Shown here piece by piece: positions 1 through 8,507 of a stretch of DNA of 31,660 bases. The DNA comes from an uncultured Oligoflexus sp. (lineage in GTDB: Bacteria; Bdellovibrionota_B; Oligoflexia; Oligoflexales; Oligoflexaceae). Numbering within the stretch: the first letter of the stretch is position 1; the number at the start of each line of letters is the position of its first letter. The notes beneath the pieces are model-generated. The model searched no databases. It saw only the letters and a program-made list of their open reading frames with translations, and was not told the DNA's origin. Both the position numbers and the translations under genes were made by a program. The stretch is from positions 1-31,660 of the forward strand of contig CAXSGP010000054.1 of assembly GCA_964236955.1 (NCBI GenBank), in the 5' to 3' direction.

Positions 1-444
1 AAAGGGGCTACTCTAGCTGGCTTCGATGTTATGATTGCGGCCATCAGTGGACCTTTGGCAGCGCTTGCCTATTTTTCCATACGCCAGCTCAAGCGGCTAA
101 AGAGTGAACAGATCATGCTGAGTCTCGGGCTGGGAGGGACTATGGTTTCTGCCGGTGTCTTGCTTTTTTCTGGCTGGAATCTTCCAGAAACCCTAGCCGG
201 ACACGCCGTCCTCATGGCCTCGGTCGTGCCTGCGGTCGGCGCTCAGTATTGCCTGACCCGGGCCTTTCGATTGGCTCCGGCTTCGCAGGTTTCCCCGCTG
301 CAGTATATGGGTCCGGTGTTCTCCTCCCTTTACGGTAGCCTTTTTCTTGGCGAAAACCTCCCCAACCTGGCCTTTTTCGGTATCCTTGTGGTGCTCCTTT
401 TTGGGTTGCTTATGCCTTATGCTGAGGCTCTCCGGTCGCGTTGA
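1..444 (+). CDS. DMT/EamA family transporter, 5'-truncated by window edge
   Basis: Frame open from base 1; multiple hydrophobic helices; C-terminal EamA-like 'AQYCLTRAFRLAPASQVSPLQY...LFLGE'. Confidence 0.85.
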   Translation, partial: KGATLAGFDVMIAAISGPLAALAYFSIRQLKRLKSEQIMLSLGLGGTMVSAGVLLFSGWNLPETLAGHAVLMASVVPAVGAQYCLTRAFRLAPASQVSPLQYMGPVFSSLYGSLFLGENLPNLAFFGILVVLLFGLLMPYAEALRSR

Positions 445-510
445 AACTGGGTGTTTGTAAATCCTTCTAAACCGACTACAATAGTATGGCACGTGTACAA
501 GGAATGCCAT

Positions 511-1725
511 ATGCCACTCAGCCCTCGGGAACAGATTGCCAGTGCAACCATGGTCGCTACCCATGAAGTCGTCACCAATCTTACTCGCGCCAAGTTCGCG
601 ATGGAGACGCTTGTTCATGAAATGCGTGATCTTACGTGTCTTCTGACGCGTGAAGGACGCATTATTTGGGGGAATACAACCGCTGCCCTCTGGCTTGAAG
701 TGGATCATGACTGTCTGCATGAAACACCGCTAAAGCCTCTGTTTCCTGACGAGGAATGGTTATTATTTGCCGAACGCATGAAATCCATGGATACCGTAAA
801 TTCAGCTTATCAAGAGTTTCATTCTCCAGCCATTATCAAAGGTCAGGTTCGGGATGTGCTTTGGACTCTAAGACCCTTTACGGCGGTCAGTAGCCGGAGG
901 GGCTTGCTTCTGCTGGCCTCGGCAAGGGATGTAACCGACTTTTTGCAGTTACGGACGCAAAGAGCCAAACTTGAAGCCGAGCTTGAGACCGCTCAGATCA
1001 TGCAAGCGGCCTTTTTTCCACCGGCGCACATCCTATCCAAAAATCTGGAAATATGTTCCTTCTATCGGCCGGCCGACCAGTGCTCAGGAGACTGGTGGGG
1101 ACACTTCGACCTCGGCAATGACACAGACATAGTATGTATTGCCGATGTAACAGGACACGGGGCCGCTTCGGCATTGGTAACCGCTATGACTCAGGCCGCA
1201 TGCATGGGTTATGCAAAGCGGCATTTTGAAAGCTCGGAATCCGTGTCGGCGCGAAAACTTTTGGAGGAGATCAACGAAATCGTCTGCCTCACCTTCAAGG
1301 GTGATTTCTATATGACCTTTTTTGTCTTTGTGATCGAACATGCCAAGGGTTTGATCCGGGCGTCCAATGCCGCGCATAATTTTCCGATGGTGCTAAGAGC
1401 CAATCGGCCTGTTGGTAAAAATCCGGAATCCGTCATCATTCAAGGCAGTCCTATCGGCCATGATCTGCATACGGTGTTTTTGGAGGAGGAATTTCCTGTG
1501 AACAAAGGGGACCGCTATGTCCTTTACACGGATGGTTTCACCGAATGCCGAAATCCGGCGCTCAAAATGTACGGACCAGGCAGTCTACGCCGGTCGGTGC
1601 TTCGTCATGCTACCGAACCGCTTGAAGCCTTTCGCGATGCCCTGGTTTCGGATGCCATCAACTTTTATGCCGGGCACCCTCTTGCCGATGACTTGACCCT
1701 TGTAACCGTCGATATACGACCCTGA
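511..1725 (+). CDS. PP2C/SpoIIE-family Ser phosphatase with N-terminal PAS-like domain
   Basis: Motifs ELETAQIMQ, SGDWW, IADVTGHG, YTDGFTE, DDLT; PAS-like 'LTREGRIIWGNTTAALWL'; ATG 511 follows AAGGA (ORF track start 451). Confidence 0.9.
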   Translation: MPLSPREQIASATMVATHEVVTNLTRAKFAMETLVHEMRDLTCLLTREGRIIWGNTTAALWLEVDHDCLHETPLKPLFPDEEWLLFAERMKSMDTVNSAYQEFHSPAIIKGQVRDVLWTLRPFTAVSSRRGLLLLASARDVTDFLQLRTQRAKLEAELETAQIMQAAFFPPAHILSKNLEICSFYRPADQCSGDWWGHFDLGNDTDIVCIADVTGHGAASALVTAMTQAACMGYAKRHFESSESVSARKLLEEINEIVCLTFKGDFYMTFFVFVIEHAKGLIRASNAAHNFPMVLRANRPVGKNPESVIIQGSPIGHDLHTVFLEEEFPVNKGDRYVLYTDGFTECRNPALKMYGPGSLRRSVLRHATEPLEAFRDALVSDAINFYAGHPLADDLTLVTVDIRP

Positions 1726-1729
1726 ACTT

Positions 1730-2347
1730 TCAGAGGAATTCGGGGAAGCCATCGTCATCATCCTTGGTGATTTTGAGGGAGGCTTCGTCAAAGATAAAAT
1801 CCTTGAGCCACACTTCCTCCAGTATATCGACACAGACCGAGCAGTTGAATTGAAAATCTTCCCCCTTGATCGTCCAAAAATCAAAGAAGCTTTTTGATTT
1901 GAATTCATCCGAGGATATCAGTTCATCAAAACCGCTCGTTGCCATCGGCAGCGAAATGCCGGCCACGATTCCCTTGGCATGCATTTGTTGACTAATCCCG
2001 CCGGCCACCAGATTGCTATATTCCATAAACAGATCGTAGGTTGATTTCAGCATCTGTTTTTGGGTGCGTTCGCCGCCGTTTTTACGTTCGACAAGCTTTC
2101 TGGTTGACGCGAGTTTGAAGTGGGATTTGAAAGAGATCCGAACGTCCTTGGAAGCGACCAGTATGATCGACAGATGGGAACCGTAAACAAAATCGTCAGG
2201 ATGCTGATGATCTTCGATGCTTAAAACTGGCCGTGAAGAAATATCAGTGAGCCTCTGTTTGGACAGAAAGCGGATGAGATCATAAAGGCTTTGGCTGCGG
2301 TCCTTTAAGAACAGCAGGGGTTTTGGTGACAGACTATCATCGTTCAT
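1730..2347 (-). CDS. CheX-like protein (chemotaxis phosphatase family), extended N-terminus
   Basis: 'DLFMEYSNLVAGG...GISLP' resembles the CheX E-x-x-N catalytic motif and following ISxP; adjacent to a CheY-like gene. Confidence 0.6.
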   Translation of the reverse strand: MNDDSLSPKPLLFLKDRSQSLYDLIRFLSKQRLTDISSRPVLSIEDHQHPDDFVYGSHLSIILVASKDVRISFKSHFKLASTRKLVERKNGGERTQKQMLKSTYDLFMEYSNLVAGGISQQMHAKGIVAGISLPMATSGFDELISSDEFKSKSFFDFWTIKGEDFQFNCSVCVDILEEVWLKDFIFDEASLKITKDDDDGFPEFL

Positions 2348-2491
2348 GCCTTATTCCTCTGCAAACCGATATTTTCCATATTTTACCATAAACGGGTTGC
2401 CAGCGAGTGCAGGGCGGAAGAAAAGACTCGGGGGATTGTGGAATATTGCTGCCCAGGCCCACGGACCCATAAGGTCTTCGGAATCTCAGCA

Positions 2492-2520
2492 TTGAGTTGA
2501 AAGGTGTCAGGGCGTATAAT
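2492..2520 (+). promoter_or_regulatory. sigma70-type promoter of CheY-like gene
   Basis: TTGAGT-N17-TATAAT, 25 bp upstream of ATG 2546. Confidence 0.6.
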
Positions 2521-2545
2521 GGAGGAAAAGCTGGGAGGCCTTAAT

Positions 2546-2917
2546 ATGGTTAAAATTTTGATAGTCGATGATTCCGAGACACTTAGGATACAGCTGAGAG
2601 AAGCCCTTGAGACAGCCGGATACTCCGTGGTCGAAGGTGTTGACGGAGCCGATGGCCTTAAGGTGGCCGGGGCCAATCTTGACATCAAGATGGTGATCAC
2701 TGACTTCAACATGCCGCTGATGGATGGCGTGACCATGGCCAGCAAAATGCGTCAAATCCCAACCTTTGTTAAAACTCCCATTCTTATGCTAACGACCGAG
2801 GCAACTCCCGATATCAAAGCCTCGGGCAAAAATGCGGGAATCTTAGCTTGGATCGTTAAACCCCTTGTTCCTTCAAAGGTCATCCCGGCAATAGAGAAAG
2901 TACTAAATCGAAAATAA
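2546..2917 (+). CDS. Single-domain CheY-like response regulator
   Basis: ILIVDDS, ITDFNMP, MLTTE, IVKP motifs; GGAGG RBS before ATG 2546. Confidence 0.92.
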   Translation: MVKILIVDDSETLRIQLREALETAGYSVVEGVDGADGLKVAGANLDIKMVITDFNMPLMDGVTMASKMRQIPTFVKTPILMLTTEATPDIKASGKNAGILAWIVKPLVPSKVIPAIEKVLNRK

Positions 2918-3030
2918 CTAACCATAACCAAAATTTATAGCATATATTTAAGTCTTGAGTATAGGTCCTGCTTCTATTCTAATACCCTGGCATTTCGCTT
3001 GGAAATGAACGGTTAAAATAGAGGTCTCGG

Positions 3031-4446
3031 TTGAACATATTAGTTACGGGTGGAACGGGTTTTATCGGTCGCCCTTTATGCGTGGAACTGACCAAGCAGG
3101 GTCATAAAATTACCATCCAATCCCGGGATCCGTCGCACTTTCAGGCGAGCTGGGAGCTTCCTTCAAACTTTCTCAAATGGAATATGGAGCGAGAGGATTG
3201 TCCAGTTTCGCTGGATTCCTTTGATGCAATTATTCATTTAGCCGGCGCCTCAATCGCCGGCTGGCTCTGGACCCCCAATCAAAAAAAGAAAATCCTTGGC
3301 TCTCGTATTGCCAGTACCCATGCCCTTGGCAGGGCTTTGGCAAAACGGCTCCAGCCCCTGCCTTGCTTTATAGCGGCTGCCGCCATTGGCATTTATCCGT
3401 CTCAATCCCATCAGACTCTTGATGAACAGTCGGCCCCTGGACTTGGATTTTTGCCGGAGGTCTGCCAGGCCTGGGAGAGCGCCGTGGTCTCACTTCCTAA
3501 TGTAAAGAGAGAAGTCCGTTTACGGTTTGGATTGGTTCTCGGTGATGGCGGTGGGTATTTGGGTAAATTGCTGCTGCCGGCTCGCTTAGGACTTGGCATG
3601 CGCCTGGGAGATGGCGAGCAATGGCTGAGTTGGGTGCATCGCGACGATGTCCTAGGCGTCATCTGTCAGGCACTTATCACCAACGAGTATCGGGGACCGA
3701 TTAATGTCGTTGCACCCGAGCCTGTCAAACAAAAAGATTTCCAGTCGACACTTGCTCGTCTCCTCGGAACTTTGAATGTTCTTAAGGCTCCAGCGCATCT
3801 TTTGCGTCTGTTCTTGGGTGATTTCTCGCAGCTGCTGCTTGCTGATCTAAAGGTCCGACCGCGTCGTTTGGAAGAGCTTGGCTTTAACTTTCGCTATCGA
3901 TCGCTGGCAGATGCCTTGCTGGAAGCAGCCAACATTCATTCCAAGAATGGGGTTAATTATGTCTGCCATCGCCTCGAGGCTGTGCAGTATATAGAGAAAA
4001 GCGTGCCCGAGGTCTTTGCTTTCTTTAGCGATCCCCATAACCTTGAGAAGATCACCCCACACCTTTTAAATTTCAAGATCAAGGCGATAAGTAGCAAGGC
4101 GATCGACAAGGCGACTCTCATCGACTATCAATTGAAAATTCATGGTATACCGCTTAAATGGAAAAGCCTTATCAAGGAATGGCGGGTCAACTCATTCTTC
4201 GTGGACAATCAAGAACAAGGACCCTATTCTATATGGCATCACTCCCATGCCTTTTTTGCTATTAATGAAGCGACTCTGATGACGGATCGCGTTCTCTATA
4301 GACTGCCTTTTAATAATTTTTTTTTGGGCGATCTTTTTGCTTTGGCTCTGGTAAAACGGGATATTCGAAAAATCTTTTTTTACCGTCGACAGGTCATTGA
4401 AGCCCAGTTTCCAGCCTTTAGCGGTGGGAAGCAGACCTTAGAATGA
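3031..4446 (+). CDS. TIGR01777/YfcH-family NAD-dependent epimerase fused to C-terminal SRPBCC domain
   Basis: VTGGTGFIG, IHLAGASI, GFLPEVCQAWE, SWVHRDD; C-terminal 'VFAFFSDPHNLEKITP...FVDNQEQGPYSIWHHSH'; TTG start after GAGG. Confidence 0.9.
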   Translation: MNILVTGGTGFIGRPLCVELTKQGHKITIQSRDPSHFQASWELPSNFLKWNMEREDCPVSLDSFDAIIHLAGASIAGWLWTPNQKKKILGSRIASTHALGRALAKRLQPLPCFIAAAAIGIYPSQSHQTLDEQSAPGLGFLPEVCQAWESAVVSLPNVKREVRLRFGLVLGDGGGYLGKLLLPARLGLGMRLGDGEQWLSWVHRDDVLGVICQALITNEYRGPINVVAPEPVKQKDFQSTLARLLGTLNVLKAPAHLLRLFLGDFSQLLLADLKVRPRRLEELGFNFRYRSLADALLEAANIHSKNGVNYVCHRLEAVQYIEKSVPEVFAFFSDPHNLEKITPHLLNFKIKAISSKAIDKATLIDYQLKIHGIPLKWKSLIKEWRVNSFFVDNQEQGPYSIWHHSHAFFAINEATLMTDRVLYRLPFNNFFLGDLFALALVKRDIRKIFFYRRQVIEAQFPAFSGGKQTLE

Positions 4447-4477
4447 AGGGGCGGGAAAGACTAAACAATCGGCTCAG

Positions 4478-4909
4478 GTGTTAAAGGTGCAAACAGAAAG
4501 TGACAGCGGCAGAGCTCAAAGGCGGGTTTTAATTGCCGAGGATAATCCTATACTGCTTAAAATGATCGTCTTTTATCTGACCACACTTAAGATTGCATTT
4601 GATACGGTTGCCAACGGCCAGGACGTCCTTGCGTCGTTGGAACGCCAGGATTATTGCCTGGTGCTTATGGATTGTAAAATGCCTGAACTCGACGGCTACG
4701 AAGCCACCCGCCTGATTCGTCGGCACTCCTCAAAAAAAATTCGTGATATTCCTATAGTCGGGGTGACAAGTCGAAGCGCTGAAAACGACGAGATCCATTG
4801 TCTTCGTACGGGCATGAATGATTTTCTTGCCAAACCCTTACGCTTGAGGAGTCTGCAAAAAATGTTTTGCAAGTGGCTACCCGATCTCGGCGCTAACGAG
4901 CAGGACTAA
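4478..4909 (+). CDS. Stand-alone receiver-domain response regulator (hybrid-kinase-type REC)
   Basis: LIAEDN, LVLMDCKMPELDGYEAT, GMNDFLAKP; exact start uncertain. Confidence 0.88.
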   Translation: MLKVQTESDSGRAQRRVLIAEDNPILLKMIVFYLTTLKIAFDTVANGQDVLASLERQDYCLVLMDCKMPELDGYEATRLIRRHSSKKIRDIPIVGVTSRSAENDEIHCLRTGMNDFLAKPLRLRSLQKMFCKWLPDLGANEQD

Positions 4910-5210
4910 TCGGAATTTTCAATCGATTGCCGCTGTCCATCATGGCGATCGGAACCTGCACGCCCATGATATCTCTGACTTCATCCTTTCATCCCTCAGC
5001 CCCCAAAGAGTTGAAATTAAATCAAGGTAGGCACCGAAAGCAATGGTACTGCCCAAACCAAGTGCGTGCCTCATGATAGATCCTCGCTTTTTCTAGAAAA
5101 GTAACAACTAACTTAAACTCTGGCTCAGATCCCTGTCTCAATTAATTTAAGGCCATAGGGTCCTTATGAATAGCCAATGCTTAAAGGGACCTGGTAAGCT
5201 TTCGAGGCTA

Positions 5211-5236
5211 GACCAAATATATTCAGTCAGTCAGTC
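5211..5236. promoter_or_regulatory. Putative TetR operator, distal copy
   Basis: GACC-N10-AGTCAGTCAGTC; the 12-mer is repeated exactly at 5387-5398. Confidence 0.45.
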
Positions 5237-5367
5237 TGCGCCAATTACAAAGCGGTTTGTGGCGCGAATTGTTAGTCATAAATATATGTTTATCTTACTG
5301 TTTCTAAAGTATATTTGAAATCTTTCCTAAAGATTTTGTGTTTTCCCCGATCACAAGATATAGTAAA

Positions 5368-5399
5368 TGACCGTAATTGTTTATTTAGTCAGTCAGTCA
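5368..5399. promoter_or_regulatory. Putative TetR operator, proximal copy
   Basis: TGACC...AGTCAGTCAGTCA with TGAC/GTCA dyad just upstream of tetR start. Confidence 0.55.
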
Positions 5400-5415
5400 A
5401 GTTCGGAGTCATAAA

Positions 5416-6030
5416 GTGAAATCTAGTCCTAAGAATTCAAGAGGCCTAGGAGAAAAGGATAAGCGCATTCTCGATGCCGCGAAGGTTCTGTTCAGTCGCT
5501 ATGGAATAAAGAAAACTTCCATTGAAGAGATTGCCCAGCAGGCTGGGCTTGGAAAGGGGACGGTCTACCTTTATTTCAAAAGTAAGGATGAAATTTTTTC
5601 GGTGCTGGCAAGTGGTTTCGCCAGCGAGTTTGAAAAAGCACTGGATGATGCCCTAAAAATTTCTAGCTCGCCAACGGAAAGACTCCGGGCCTTTATTGAG
5701 ACGCGAGTGGGATTTTTTGATCGTTGCTTTAAAGAGTATGGAGCAACGGCGGAAAGCATCCTCGAGGCCGAGGCCAGTTCTGTTATGGATGGACTGCGCA
5801 AGCAATACGGTGGCAAACACATCAAGATCATCGCCGATCTGCTTGAAGATGGCAAAAATAGTGGCGAATTCGATTATGGGAACGCCCATTTTACCGCTCT
5901 CGCCCTTTATCATATACTCGAATCCCTGACGCGGCCCTGGAATTACGAGGTCCAAAATATGTCGGCGGAGGATAAAGTGCAGGCTTGCGTATCCATACTT
6001 TTGGAAGGCCTTTTGAAACGTAATAAATGA
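5416..6030 (+). CDS. TetR/AcrR family transcriptional regulator
   Basis: HTH 'ILDAAKVLFSRYGIKKTSIEEIAQQAGLGKGTVYLYFKSKDEIF'. Confidence 0.95.
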   Translation: MKSSPKNSRGLGEKDKRILDAAKVLFSRYGIKKTSIEEIAQQAGLGKGTVYLYFKSKDEIFSVLASGFASEFEKALDDALKISSSPTERLRAFIETRVGFFDRCFKEYGATAESILEAEASSVMDGLRKQYGGKHIKIIADLLEDGKNSGEFDYGNAHFTALALYHILESLTRPWNYEVQNMSAEDKVQACVSILLEGLLKRNK

Positions 6031-6064
6031 TATTGATAGCTCTACCCTTAGAAAGGATAGGATA

Positions 6065-7510
6065 ATGCGCGCACTTGCCAGTTTTCTCTCGCTAACCTTA
6101 CTCAGTTCGCCCTTGGCGTTTGTTGCCGACGCTCAAACTGACACTCATGCACCGGAGCAACCCGACTCTTCAGACCCAGCCGCCAAGGCGAATGCCGCAC
6201 CGGTATCGAGCAGCAATGGGGACCAGACCGAGCTTGCCCCACCACCTCAGGATGTAATTGCGACAGCCGGCTACGAGCTGACATTAACCGAAGCGATCGA
6301 GCGGTCGATGAACCGCTCCTATTCCGTGGCCCAGGCTCAGGCCGCGCGGGATGCACAAAACGAAGCGAGCCGGGCCTCGCTATCCAACCTGGGACCTAAT
6401 GCTAAGGTCTTGTACAACGAATTGCATTTTGACAAAGCCCAGACCATAAACTTTAACGGCAACCAGCTGGTGACTCGAGGCGAGACTTCAAAGACCGGAT
6501 CTTTGATCGTTACCCAGCCCATCACCGGTCTCTATGGAAACATCGAACTGGCGAGAGCCAGTCAGCTGCAGGCTGATATTTCGGAAGAGGGATTGCGCAA
6601 AGCCAAGGCCGACGCAGGATTTTCGGGAGCCCAGGCTTTTTTAAACGCTTACGCGGCTCAAGAGCAGGTGACCATCAGTGAATCGTCCATGGCTGCGGCG
6701 AAAAGCGCATTCAATGATGCCAGCGTAATGAACAAGGTCGGCCGCATCAATCAGGCCGATTTTCTGAAGTTTCAACTAGCCTTTACCCAGGCTCAAACCC
6801 GCACCGCGCAGGCTAAGGCCGCCCGTTCCATAAGTATGGCCATACTGCGGCAGACCCTGCAGATGCCCGAGCAGGAGAGCTTTATCCTTCAAAAAGAGCT
6901 GCCCGCACCTAAAGCCAGCGCCCTAGCTATCGAGGAGGCTATACAGTCCGCCTATCAAAACCGTCCGGATCTCAAGCAAGCCAAGTTGGGAGCGGATTTT
7001 GCCGACTTTGGCAAAAAGCTAGCTTATACCGATTTCGTTCCCGCTATCGATATTTTTGGCCAGCTCGATCGGAACTTTGGCGAAGCTACGGCTTTCGGCG
7101 GCAATGAAAAAGACGTCCAATACTATGGCGTCAAGGTACAGTGGACGTTTTGGAACAACCTGGCATCGGTCTTTAAGATTCGCGAGTCATTGGCCAATAT
7201 CCGAAAAGCAAAAGCCTCTTACGCGGCGGCCAAAGACAGTGTTCGCATCGATGTGATTCAGGCCGTTGAAAACCTACAGGCAGCGAGTGAATCGCTCAAA
7301 CAGGCCGAGGCCGGTATCAAGCAGGCAGGGGAAGCTTATCGCATAGACCAGGTTCGCTATAAGAACGGTGGCATTACTGCCTCGGAACAGATCCTTTCAG
7401 AATCGACAAAATCCTCGGTCCAAGGCCAGTATGTGACCGCGCGCACGCAGCTTCTGAGTTGGTATTTTCAGCTGCAGAGGGCACTCGGTCAGGAAAAACC
7501 CACACTCTAA
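6065..7510 (+). CDS. TolC-family outer membrane efflux protein
   Basis: Signal peptide; LTLTEAIERS, QNRPDLKQA, RYKNGGIT patterns; position in RND operon. Confidence 0.9.
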   Translation: MRALASFLSLTLLSSPLAFVADAQTDTHAPEQPDSSDPAAKANAAPVSSSNGDQTELAPPPQDVIATAGYELTLTEAIERSMNRSYSVAQAQAARDAQNEASRASLSNLGPNAKVLYNELHFDKAQTINFNGNQLVTRGETSKTGSLIVTQPITGLYGNIELARASQLQADISEEGLRKAKADAGFSGAQAFLNAYAAQEQVTISESSMAAAKSAFNDASVMNKVGRINQADFLKFQLAFTQAQTRTAQAKAARSISMAILRQTLQMPEQESFILQKELPAPKASALAIEEAIQSAYQNRPDLKQAKLGADFADFGKKLAYTDFVPAIDIFGQLDRNFGEATAFGGNEKDVQYYGVKVQWTFWNNLASVFKIRESLANIRKAKASYAAAKDSVRIDVIQAVENLQAASESLKQAEAGIKQAGEAYRIDQVRYKNGGITASEQILSESTKSSVQGQYVTARTQLLSWYFQLQRALGQEKPTL

Positions 7511-7535
7511 GCTACCCAATGACAGGAGATACAGT

Positions 7536-8483
7536 ATGAAAGTTTCAAGTACGTGTTTGGTTTCGTTGGTTTCCCTGAGCCTGGTCGCTAGTGCTTGCGA
7601 GAAAAAGGATGCGAAGGTTGCGCTGCCAGAGAAATCGGTGCTGACCGACAAAATTCCAGAAGCCGCTCCTGCAAAAGCCGCCGAAGCCGGGTCGCGTGAT
7701 GGGATCCCTGCTAGTGGGGAAGCAGAGGCTGCGCAAGGGGCCCCGGGCTCACTTGCCGACGCCAGCCAAACAGCTGGCGACAAGGTTCAGCTATCATTTC
7801 CAGGAGCCGTGTCCTCGCAGCGTCGTTCCACGCTTTCCTTTAGAGTTGCCGGTTATGTCGATAGCGTAAAGCTTAAGGCGGGTAACTCCTGCAAAAAAGG
7901 CACCGTCCTTGCCACACTTGATGGCCGTGACTTTAAACTTGCTGTCGACATGGCAAAGTCCAATCTTGAGCTGGCTAAAGTCTCGGCGCGAAATTCAGCC
8001 TCTGAGTTTCAACGGGAGTCTGAGCTTAAGGCCCAGAACGCTTCAAGCGAATCAAACTTCGACAAGCTGAAGGCTTCCTTTGAAAATAGCAAGGCCAACG
8101 TGCAGCTGGCGGAACTGAATCTGACCAAGGCTCAGCAGGCGTTGAGCGATACCCTTCTCGCGGCACCCTACGACTGTGTCATCAGCAAACAGCTCGTCAA
8201 TGTAGGCGAAAGTGTGAAAATCGGCGATAAGGCCTTTGAGATTTTCGACGTTACTGACGTCGAAGTGAGTTTCAACGTTCCCGAACGTATGGCTGGGCGT
8301 CTGAAGCTGGGTGAAAAAATCGATGTCCGCATTCCTGCTACAGGCTTTCAAGGTGATCTGAATATCGTCCGCATCGTCGCTGTTGTCGATGACAAGACGC
8401 GTACTTTTCAAATCGTTGCCAAAGCCCCGGAGGGGGATGCGCGTGTCGTCCCAGGGCTTTATGCCGAAGGCATCGTTCGCTAA
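7536..8483 (+). CDS. RND periplasmic adaptor (MFP), probable lipoprotein
   Basis: Lipobox-like ASA-C; LSFRVAGYV, LAAPYDCVI, DDKTRTF, VPGLYA. Confidence 0.92.
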   Translation: MKVSSTCLVSLVSLSLVASACEKKDAKVALPEKSVLTDKIPEAAPAKAAEAGSRDGIPASGEAEAAQGAPGSLADASQTAGDKVQLSFPGAVSSQRRSTLSFRVAGYVDSVKLKAGNSCKKGTVLATLDGRDFKLAVDMAKSNLELAKVSARNSASEFQRESELKAQNASSESNFDKLKASFENSKANVQLAELNLTKAQQALSDTLLAAPYDCVISKQLVNVGESVKIGDKAFEIFDVTDVEVSFNVPERMAGRLKLGEKIDVRIPATGFQGDLNIVRIVAVVDDKTRTFQIVAKAPEGDARVVPGLYAEGIVR

Positions 8484-8507
8484 TAATGGCTTTATAGGGA
8501 GTTCACT

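Noticed and set aside
2988..3003. sigma54-like TGGCATTTCGCTTGGA upstream of the TIGR01777 gene
   Set aside because: -12 dinucleotide is GG, not GC
4317..4325. T9 tract as phase-variation or frameshift site
   Set aside because: Frame is intact and conserved-looking SRPBCC residues continue downstream
5029..5071. AGGCAC...GTGCCT stem in the 506-bp gap before tetR
   Set aside because: Only 6 bp; matches no riboswitch I recognise
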